A model generated the notes under the pieces. That model was not told where the DNA came from. It saw only the letters and a list, made by a program, of their open reading frames with translations, and ran no database searches. Positions 28,673-35,899 of a DNA stretch of 64,000 nt are shown one piece after another. A program made the translations under genes and the position numbers. This DNA is from Minisyncoccia bacterium (GTDB lineage Bacteria > Patescibacteriota > Minisyncoccia > UBA6257 > JAAZHW01). The first letter of the stretch is position 1; every line of letters begins with the position of its first letter. The stretch is taken from NCBI GenBank assembly GCA_041550235.1, contig JBFEPE010000002.1:909-64908 (forward strand). Direction: 5' to 3'.

Positions 28673-29140
28673 ATGGTGAATAATAATAAAGGTAAAAAAT
28701 TTAATGAAGGCGATAAGATAATCGCATTCACTGACGGAGGAAGTCGGGGAAATCCTGGACCTGCCGCCATTGGTGTATATATCAAGGGAACGAATGGCGA
28801 AGAAAAGAAATATTATGAATTCATTGGCGAGGCAACTAATAATGTCGCCGAATATAAGGCGATGATCTTTGCTTTAAAAAAGATAAGGCAATTAGCCGGG
28901 AGAGATGCTCTTAAGAAAATTTTTGTGGAAATAAATATGGATTCTGAATTAATTGTGCGACAATTGAATGGGGAATATAAGGTTGAGGAAAAAGAACTTC
29001 AAGGATTATTTATGGAAGTTTGGAATTTAAGATTTGATTTTCCAAATTTGAAATTTAATTATATTCCTCGCGAGGAAAATAAGATGGCTGACTCCCTCGT
29101 CAATATCTGCTTAGACGAGGAGGCAAGTAGATTATTTTAA
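28673..29140 (+). CDS. rnhA: ribonuclease HI
   Basis: FTDGGSRGNPGPAAIGV .. NNVAEYKAMIFALKK. Confidence 0.85.
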   Translation: MVNNNKGKKFNEGDKIIAFTDGGSRGNPGPAAIGVYIKGTNGEEKKYYEFIGEATNNVAEYKAMIFALKKIRQLAGRDALKKIFVEINMDSELIVRQLNGEYKVEEKELQGLFMEVWNLRFDFPNLKFNYIPREENKMADSLVNICLDEEASRLF

Positions 29141-29264
29141 GGTGTTTGTAATTTTGATTTTGATAATTATATAAATACACCCCCGCCTATGGCGGGGGGG
29201 GGATTAAGCACTCCATTGTATTTGATAAATAGATAAGTAAAATAAGAATAAGAGGAATAAAAAT

Positions 29265-29870
29265 ATGAAATTAATAATTGGAACAAAAAATCAAGCCAAA
29301 CTAAAACAAATTAAGGGGGCTCTATCTGATTTAGATCTTGAAATAGTTGGGTTGCAAGATAAGGATATTCCACAGGTAGAAGAGGATGGAAAGACGGCTC
29401 AAGAGAACGGAAGAAAAAAAGCATTGGCATATGCCCAATTTTTGAACGAAATAGTTTTCTCAATGGACAATGCCTTATATATTGATGGTATTCCCGAAGG
29501 GAGTCAGCCCGGAATAAATGTGAGGCGGATAAATGGTAGAAAGGATAGACCAACTGATGAGGAATTGTTAGATTATTATTCTAATCTGATTTCTGATTTA
29601 GGAGGAGTGGCAAACGGGCATTGGGAATTTGCTATCTGTATAGCCAATCCAAAAGGAGAAGTAAAAGAGACGACTATAATTTCTAAAAGAATTTTTTCTT
29701 CAAAGCCAAGTGAAAAAATAATGGAAGGATATCCATTAGAATCAATTCAAATTGATGTGAAGTCGGGGAAATACATTTCTGAAATGACCCAAGAAGAACA
29801 AGACGATTTTTGGAAAAGAATGATTGGAGAGCCCTTAGAAAAATTTGTTAAGGAGGCATTGGGAATCTAA
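29265..29870 (+). CDS. Ham1/RdgB-family (non-canonical purine NTP pyrophosphatase-like) protein with divergent active-site segment
   Basis: KLIIGTKNQAKLKQI .. VEEDGKTAQENGRKKA .. PGINVRRI .. ISEMTQEEQ align to the RdgB blocks. The canonical ADDSGL reads SMDNAL. Confidence 0.55.
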   Translation: MKLIIGTKNQAKLKQIKGALSDLDLEIVGLQDKDIPQVEEDGKTAQENGRKKALAYAQFLNEIVFSMDNALYIDGIPEGSQPGINVRRINGRKDRPTDEELLDYYSNLISDLGGVANGHWEFAICIANPKGEVKETTIISKRIFSSKPSEKIMEGYPLESIQIDVKSGKYISEMTQEEQDDFWKRMIGEPLEKFVKEALGI

Positions 29871-29871
29871 G

Positions 29872-29897
29872 TCAGGAGCATCGGCTCCTGTTTTTTT
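29872..29897 (+). terminator. rho-independent terminator CAGGAGCATCGGCTCCTG + T7
   Basis: Read directly after the stop at 29870. Confidence 0.75.
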
Positions 29898-30086
29898 GTT
29901 TGAAGGAATGGAAATAATTGTCAGATGTGAATAAGTTGTGGAATAGTTTGGGGATATAATTATTTCCGCCTCAAAAAACCCTTTAATTAAGGGCTTTTTT
30001 TGTTTTTGAAAAATAAATTTTTTAGATAAAAAATGATTTTGAAATTTTTTAAAAGTGGTGTAGAATATAATCGTTGTGGGGAATTG

Positions 30087-30131
30087 TGGATAAGTATGGG
30101 GATATGTATGTCCTTTTGTGGATAAGTGATT
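30087..30131 (+). promoter_or_regulatory. cluster of DnaA-box-like 9-mers (TGTGGATAA x2 plus TTGTGGGGAA) upstream of mraZ
   Basis: GGAATTGTGGATAAGTATGGGGATATGTATGTCCTTTTGTGGATAAGTG. An AT-rich tract lies at 29990-30060. Confidence 0.4.
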
Positions 30132-30145
30132 ATTAAATACAACCT

Positions 30146-30577
30146 ATGTTTTTTGGAGAATACCATCACAATTTAGATGAAAAAGGGAGGCTGGCAATAC
30201 CAGTCAAATTTAGGTCGGCCCTTAAAAACGGAGCCGTTGTCGCCAAAAGTTTGGAGGGGGCATTGGCAATATATCCAAGAAAAGACTGGCAGGATTTTGC
30301 TACAAAATTAAGTGGGCTTCCAATTAGTCAAAAGGATGCAAGGTCTTTCTCAAGATTTTTCCTCACAAGTGCAATGGAAGTTGATTTAGATTCTCAAGGA
30401 AGAATATTGATTCCGGATTATTTGAGAAAATATAGTGAGATGAAAAAGAAGGCAGTCATAACTGGTCTTGGTCAAAAGATTGAGGTTTGGGATGAGAAGA
30501 AGTGGGAGGATTATAAGGATAAGGCGGAAAAGAATTCTGTTGAGACAGCGGAGAAGTTGGGTGATTTAGGAATTTAG
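30146..30577 (+). CDS. mraZ: transcriptional regulator MraZ
   Basis: Duplicated MraZ half-domains: HNLDEKGRLAIPVKFR and LDSQGRILIPDYLRK. Confidence 0.85.
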   Translation: MFFGEYHHNLDEKGRLAIPVKFRSALKNGAVVAKSLEGALAIYPRKDWQDFATKLSGLPISQKDARSFSRFFLTSAMEVDLDSQGRILIPDYLRKYSEMKKKAVITGLGQKIEVWDEKKWEDYKDKAEKNSVETAEKLGDLGI

Positions 30578-30614
30578 ATTTTGATGTTGGTTGGTAAGTT
30601 AATATAGGAAATAT

Positions 30615-30800
30615 AGGGCAAGGAGAAACACCCCGTCTGTTTTCGGCGGGACGTAATAAATTATTTCATAATTTAAACGTCCCAGCCACGTTGAAATTGC
30701 GAGGCAATTTTTTACGTGGCGAGGCGAAACCCGCCTTCGTCAACCCGCCTTCGCTAAAGCTACGGCAGGGCAAGGGACTTCGGCGAGGCGAAGAAAAATA
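30615..30800. repeat. composite GC-hairpin repeat block
   Basis: ACACCCCGTCTG, CCACGTTGAAATTGCGAGGCAATTTTTTACGTGGCGAGGCGAAACCCGCCTTCG, CTACGGCAGGGCAAGGGACTTCGGCGAGGCGAAG. Confidence 0.7.
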
Positions 30801-30857
30801 ACCCGTTTCTGCACATTGCTTGTTGCTTTGTGCAAAAACAGGTTTGATTGATCGAGA

Positions 30858-31061
30858 TTATTTGTTCTTTTGTTGGTTTCGACTAGGGATTTTAATAAGG
30901 ATAAGCCAAAGAATTTGCAGGGTAATAACCAAAATCAAGTAGATGTTGAGATTTATTATTGTGTGGGGGTAAGATAATAAATGGAATAATCCCGCCCCAA
31001 ACAATATTGGCCAAAGTGTAAATATGAGCATAAAGACTGGACCAAATATTATCTTAATCAT
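30858..31061 (-). CDS. small hydrophobic membrane protein (67 aa, 2 TM)
   Basis: Last gene of a minus-strand three-gene unit. 4-nt overlap with the upstream ORF. Confidence 0.4.
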   Translation of the reverse strand: MIKIIFGPVFMLIFTLWPILFGAGLFHLLSYPHTIINLNIYLILVITLQILWLILIKIPSRNQQKNK

Positions 31062-31315
31062 CCCGCACCTCCTTGTTCTTGACTATTCTCAATGATTTCA
31101 AAAATACTTTCTTGGACTTTTTCTTCAGATTTTGATAAATGATTGAGTAGGGCATTCATGATGGCAGTATTCCTTGTGTATCTACTTACCCCTATTCCAT
31201 ATCCTATAGGACAATGCATTTCTTTATCATAATATAGTCTTGCCTCCCATCTGAATTCATCATCGGGGGAAAATTTTGTAGAAACATAGATTTTAGGTTT
31301 AAATTCTTTTCCCAT
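31058..31315 (-). CDS. hypothetical 85-aa protein
   Basis: AGGAGG RBS precedes the ATG. Coding-like composition. Confidence 0.5.
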   Translation of the reverse strand: MGKEFKPKIYVSTKFSPDDEFRWEARLYYDKEMHCPIGYGIGVSRYTRNTAIMNALLNHLSKSEEKVQESIFEIIENSQEQGGAG

Positions 31316-31325
31316 TTCAGCCTCC

Positions 31326-31478
31326 TTACACGAACATTAGAAGCACAAAAGATCCGATGAGAATGGCGCTTGCGATAATGATAGCGATTTTGATTTTCCG
31401 TTTAGTATTCTTGCCGAAATTTCCTTTCAGAGAATTCTTTCCTAATTTTCTGTTTTGTCTGTTCTTTCTCTTACTCAT
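31326..31478 (-). CDS. small (50 aa) basic-N-terminus, single-TM protein; not in the ORF track
   Basis: Own translation: MSKRKNRQNRKLGKNSLKGNFGKNTKRKIKIAIIIASAILIGSFVLLMFV*. RBS ATAGGAGGTA lies upstream. Confidence 0.4.
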   Translation of the reverse strand: MSKRKNRQNRKLGKNSLKGNFGKNTKRKIKIAIIIASAILIGSFVLLMFV

Positions 31479-31560
31479 TTTTAAATACCTCCTATATTTT
31501 TAAATTTTTTCAAAATTTACTACTACTACTATTTAATAACGAAAATAAAAATTTGTCAAT

Positions 31561-32442
31561 ATGCATATACCAGTATTATTAAAAGAAACAATAGACTTGC
31601 TCAACCCTCAATCAAATGAGAATTTTGTTGATTGCACTATCGGAGAGGGCGGGCATAGTTTAGCAATCTTACAAAAAACATCTCCTTTGGGAAAAATATT
31701 AGGGATTGATTTAGATGTTGAGACATTAGAGAGAGTAGGCAAGAAATTAGAGTCATATAAAGAGCGGACGATTTTAGTTCAAGACAACTTTAAAAATTTA
31801 GAGAATATTTTAGAGAAATCAAATTTCAAAAATATTTCAGGGATATTATTTGATTTAGGAATGAGTTCTATATCATTAGAGGAATCAGAGAGGGGATTTA
31901 GTTTTCAAAAAGAAGAGCCACTTTTGATGAATTATGGGAGTGATTATATATTTACCGCTTCTGAAATTGTAAATGATTGGTCAAGAGAGGATATTGAAAA
32001 AATATTAAAAGATTTTGGTGAAGAAAGATTTGCTAAAAATATTTCCCAAGAAATTGTAAAAAGGAGAGTAGATTATCCAATAAAGACGACGACTGATTTG
32101 GTGGAAATAATAAGATCGGCAATTCCTAAAAAATTTCAGCGAGGAAAGATTCATCCAGCGACAAAGACATTTCAAGCGATAAGAATTGCAGTAAATAATG
32201 AGTTAGAAAATATTCAGTTGGGATTAGATGGGGCAGTAAATTCATTGGAGAAAGGCGGAAAGATTGCAGTGATTAGTTTTCATTCTTTGGAGGACAGAAT
32301 TGTGAAGTGGTTTTTTAAGCAAAAGAAAGAAGAGGGGATTTTAGAAATTTTGACGAAAAAGCCAATTACTCCTTCTGACAAAGAGATGGAAAATAATCCT
32401 CGGGCAAGGTCGGCAAAGTTAAGGGTGGCAATGATAATATAG
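31561..32442 (+). CDS. rsmH: 16S rRNA (cytosine1402-N4)-methyltransferase RsmH (MraW)
   Basis: MHIPVLLKETIDLL..DCTIGEGGHSLAIL..FDLGMSS. Confidence 0.85.
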   Translation: MHIPVLLKETIDLLNPQSNENFVDCTIGEGGHSLAILQKTSPLGKILGIDLDVETLERVGKKLESYKERTILVQDNFKNLENILEKSNFKNISGILFDLGMSSISLEESERGFSFQKEEPLLMNYGSDYIFTASEIVNDWSREDIEKILKDFGEERFAKNISQEIVKRRVDYPIKTTTDLVEIIRSAIPKKFQRGKIHPATKTFQAIRIAVNNELENIQLGLDGAVNSLEKGGKIAVISFHSLEDRIVKWFFKQKKEEGILEILTKKPITPSDKEMENNPRARSAKLRVAMII

Positions 32443-32523
32443 ATGTCGTTAAAATAAAAAAATTACCCCGCCTTCGCTAAAGCAGAATGTCCGCCTATGG
32501 CGGGCTATGGCGGGCAAAGAAAT

Positions 32524-32928
32524 ATGACAGTGATAAGCTTCAAACAAAATAGCTTTAATAATAAAGCGAAAAGAACGGTCTCAAAAAGAAGAAATTCTTC
32601 TACTCGTTCTATCTCAATAAATAGAGGAACTATTATATTAAATATAATGCTTCTCGGTTTAATTATTTCCCTAATATCAATATATTGCATCTCAATAGCA
32701 AGGACGACAAGTTGGCGATTGGATGTGAGGAGTTTGGAAAAGAAAATTTTAACATTGGAAGAAAAGAATGCAGAATTGAAGATGTCGTCGTCGCAAAGTC
32801 AGAAAAGCGGAGAATTAGAAAATAGTATTTATAATAATTTTATTTATGAGGAATGGCCAGAGTATTTTTCTTTAAGTGGCGAAAATAATAATCCCATCAA
32901 TGATTCATTAGGATTACTGGAAAGATAG
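32524..32928 (+). CDS. ftsL: FtsL-like cell division protein (single TM plus coiled coil)
   Basis: Position directly after rsmH. TM IILNIMLLGLIISLISIYCI then LEKKILTLEEKNAELK. Start trimmed past the hairpin-derived ATGs. Confidence 0.5.
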   Translation: MTVISFKQNSFNNKAKRTVSKRRNSSTRSISINRGTIILNIMLLGLIISLISIYCISIARTTSWRLDVRSLEKKILTLEEKNAELKMSSSQSQKSGELENSIYNNFIYEEWPEYFSLSGENNNPINDSLGLLER

Positions 32929-33125
32929 GGTAATTATTTTGCGGATGTATTTAAAAATGGTAAAATAATTAAAATATGAAATTTGAATATTAAGACAGGA
33001 TGAAGAAATTCCCTCCCCCCGCCGTAGGCGGGGGGAGGGAATAGTAGATTCTTATCTATCCGAACAAAATATCTTGCGCAAATTAAAATCACTTATAAAA
33101 AATAATTATTAATAAAAAATAAAAT

Positions 33126-34769
33126 ATGAAATTTGAATATATATACATTGATAAAGAAGATGATGTTTCCAAGATAGTGGAAAAAATTTTGGATTCAAAA
33201 AGTGATAACTGCATCCTATTTATTCCAGACGATGCAGATGTTGCTGATAGCATAGTCAATTTTAAATTAATATTAAGAGAAGCAAAAGCAGGCAAAAAGA
33301 ATGTCTTCTTAAATTCAGATAGCGATGAAATAAAGAAAATGGCAGAAAAAGCCGGTTTTACCGTTGTTGAATATCAAGGAAATAAAAAAAGTAAAAACAA
33401 AAGAAAGGGTCCATCCTTTATATTAGACATATCTCCTCCAAAAGAAGATTCAAATAAAAAAAGAGTGGCAAGCAAAAAGAAGACAGAAAAAGACGAAGAG
33501 GGGGATGATGCTGATGAGATAGATGACGATAAAGATAAAAAATCAAGAGGAAAAAGAAAAAAAATGGAAGATATAAGGGATGAATATAGCAGTAGAAAAT
33601 CAAGAAAGATGAGCGAGGCGAAAAATGGCGGATGGAAGATGAAAAAAGTTATTGCCGTTGTAATATTATTATTTATTGTAATATTCTTCCCATTTTACTT
33701 ATTTACAAAAGCAGATGTTACGATAATAAGCGAGAAATATATTTTTGAGGCCCAAGAGGCAGTTTTGGCTTCACCTAATATAAAAGAAGTTGAAAAAGAA
33801 AGATTTAGAATGCCAGCAAGATATTTGGAATTTGAAAGAGAAATAAATCAAGAATTTAAATCATCAGGTAAGAATTATGTTGAGGCGAAAGCAAAAGGAA
33901 TGATAAGAATATATAATGCCTATAGCTCAAAGTCGCAAGTTTTGGTGGCAACAACAAGATTTTTATCAGAGTCAGGAAAATTATTTAGATTGATAGAGAG
34001 GACAACTATCCCTGGGGCAAAATTAGAAAATGGAGAAATCGTCCCTTCGTATATAGAGGCAGAAGTGATGGCAGATGAGGCGGGAGATGAATTTAATATT
34101 GAGGCAAGTAAATTTTCTATTCCCGGATTTGATGGAACCGTGAGAGAAGGCAAATTCTATGGAGAATCAGAAAGCCCAATGACCGGCGGTTTTGTTGGTG
34201 AGGCAAATATTATTTCAAAAGGAGATATTGTCAATGCGAGAAATGAATTAAATGAATTGGTGGAAATTTCTTTAGGAGAAGAAATTAGAAGCAAGTTAGG
34301 TGATGATTATGAATTATTAAGTGATGCAAAAGAATTGATAATTGAGAGTTTAGAATTTGATAAGGAGGAGGGCGATGTTGGAGATTCTTTCAAGGGTGGA
34401 ATAAAAGCGAAATTAAGATTGATGGCTTTTTCTAAAAAGGGGATAGAGGATATTTTTAAATACCAATCTCAAATGGCGATTTCTGAATTAGAAGGGAAGG
34501 AGTTAATTGTTTCCGAATTTGATTATGGGGCCCCAAGAATTGATTTTGATACCAACCAACTTTCTTTTCCAGTCAAAGTAAAGATGACTTTCAGAGATCC
34601 AATTGATTCGGATTTTTTGAGGGATAGCATTTCGGGGATGTCTCTTGATGGGGCTAAGGAATTTTTTATGGAACAGGAGGGAATAAGGCAGGTTGATATA
34701 AAGATTGCCCCCGGCATTTCCCCAATTCTTCCACTGAGAAATAATAATATAGATATTATCTTGAATTAG
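33126..34769 (+). CDS. hypothetical bitopic membrane protein (cytoplasmic N-domain, Lys-rich linker, TM, large extracytoplasmic domain)
   Basis: 547-aa ORF. Occupies the position where ftsI is usually found, but has no PBP motifs. Confidence 0.5.
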   Translation: MKFEYIYIDKEDDVSKIVEKILDSKSDNCILFIPDDADVADSIVNFKLILREAKAGKKNVFLNSDSDEIKKMAEKAGFTVVEYQGNKKSKNKRKGPSFILDISPPKEDSNKKRVASKKKTEKDEEGDDADEIDDDKDKKSRGKRKKMEDIRDEYSSRKSRKMSEAKNGGWKMKKVIAVVILLFIVIFFPFYLFTKADVTIISEKYIFEAQEAVLASPNIKEVEKERFRMPARYLEFEREINQEFKSSGKNYVEAKAKGMIRIYNAYSSKSQVLVATTRFLSESGKLFRLIERTTIPGAKLENGEIVPSYIEAEVMADEAGDEFNIEASKFSIPGFDGTVREGKFYGESESPMTGGFVGEANIISKGDIVNARNELNELVEISLGEEIRSKLGDDYELLSDAKELIIESLEFDKEEGDVGDSFKGGIKAKLRLMAFSKKGIEDIFKYQSQMAISELEGKELIVSEFDYGAPRIDFDTNQLSFPVKVKMTFRDPIDSDFLRDSISGMSLDGAKEFFMEQEGIRQVDIKIAPGISPILPLRNNNIDIILN

Positions 34770-34908
34770 TTGGATATTTAGATTTGTGAATATATAAATA
34801 TATAAATATATAAGATGGTAATGATAAAGAAATCTATCTCCGCCCCGCCAAGGGCGGGGCGGAGATTTTAAGAATAGGTTTTGAATTAGAGGGTTGGTTT
34901 TTGGGGTA

Positions 34909-34936
34909 TTGACAAATTATTTAAATTGTGTATAAT
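34909..34936 (+). promoter_or_regulatory. near-consensus sigma70 promoter TTGACA-N16-TATAAT
   Basis: GGGGTATTGACAAATTATTTAAATTGTGTATAATGG. Confidence 0.6.
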
Positions 34937-34942
34937 GGATAG

Positions 34943-35215
34943 CAGATAATGAGTGGTTTGCTATAGGCAACACTCTTTCGCTATTAGCGAGATTAAATCA
35001 TAGCAGGGATAAGACCGGTCTTGGCGGGTCCCCGGCGAAAAAAAGATAGGCTATCTTCTTTTCGCTCAACAGCCAAGTCTCTCACGAAAAAAAGAATCCT
35101 GCGTGAGAGAGCATATCAGGACCAACTATTTACAATAATAGTTGAAGTAGTATGAAGAAGGGGCCTGGGCGGTCATTTGGTTTAATAAACCATTTGGTCT
35201 CTCAGGTGCCCATTT
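34943..35215 (+). ncRNA. candidate structured small RNA or long structured leader (about 270 nt), family not identified
   Basis: Follows a consensus promoter. Local stems: CTCTCACG..CGTGAGAG, GGTTTAATAAACC, GACCGGTC. Ends at a T-run (35211-35225). No ORF of 60 aa or more. Confidence 0.35.
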
Positions 35216-35247
35216 TTTATTTTAATAAAATATGATAAAGTAGGGGT

Positions 35248-35454
35248 ATGAATAAAGATGTGCAAAAAATTAAAAAGAGTGTTTGTAAAGTTAGTTGTTG
35301 TCGGGGCGGTTGTTTTAAATCAAGTCATCATATTTCACCTATCAAAAAAGAAGATTTGAAGGAGAAGGCAAAAAGGGCTACATTAAAAGTACTCAAGGAG
35401 TATAAAGGGGTATTTCATAGGCTTGCTGAATATGATAGAGGATTGCCAAAATAA
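35248..35454 (+). CDS. small Cys-rich protein (68 aa), putative cognate antitoxin of the downstream Doc-family toxin
   Basis: Overlaps the Doc ORF by 32 nt. CKVSCCRGGC cluster. Not Phd-like. Confidence 0.4.
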   Translation: MNKDVQKIKKSVCKVSCCRGGCFKSSHHISPIKKEDLKEKAKRATLKVLKEYKGVFHRLAEYDRGLPK

Positions 35455-35899
35455 TATTAATAAGATTAATATTAAGATTATGGAGATTATGTGTCATCCA
35501 ATGGCGATGGATTTTTTTAATTCAAAAACAGATCCAATTTCCTGTTTTTCAAGACATGATAGGAATAAGTTAGAAGCAATTCTTAATAATCCATATCAAA
35601 CATTTAACCAGAAAGAATTATACCCAACATTTAATAAAAAAGTGGCAATACTTTATTATGGATTAATAAAGGGGCATTGTTTTGAGAATGGAAATAAAAG
35701 AATAGCCACTGCTACTCTTTTAGTATTTTTGTTAATAAATGATATTTTTATTACGGGAGATTATCAAGAAATAGAAGACTATTTAGTTGATTTAGCATTG
35801 AGATTGGCATCATCAGAAGGCAACGATAAAATGGATGATTTTCTTTTGGAAATTGAGAAATGGCTTGATGGTAATACAATAAAAACATTAAACTATTAA
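35423..35899 (+). CDS. doc: Fic/Doc-family protein, Doc (death-on-curing) toxin type
   Basis: HCFENGNKRIA matches the Doc signature Hx-F-x-(D/N)-G-N-K-R. Confidence 0.7.
   Translation: MLNMIEDCQNNINKINIKIMEIMCHPMAMDFFNSKTDPISCFSRHDRNKLEAILNNPYQTFNQKELYPTFNKKVAILYYGLIKGHCFENGNKRIATATLLVFLLINDIFITGDYQEIEDYLVDLALRLASSEGNDKMDDFLLEIEKWLDGNTIKTLNY

Noticed and set aside
31553-31561. TTTGTCAAT motif as a -35 promoter element (recurs at 1741, 20836, 47033, 51811, 51908, 63128)
   Set aside because: Enriched, but at 31553 it abuts the rsmH start codon, and the spacings to -10-like hexamers are inconsistent (16-21 nt). It may instead be part of the CTTGTCA repeat termini.
34943-35215. Assignment of the RNA candidate to tmRNA, RNase P RNA, SRP RNA or 6S RNA
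   Set aside because: No tRNA-like T-arm or tag-peptide reading frame, no P4 consensus, and no SRP domain-IV GGAA motif were found by eye. It is left unassigned.
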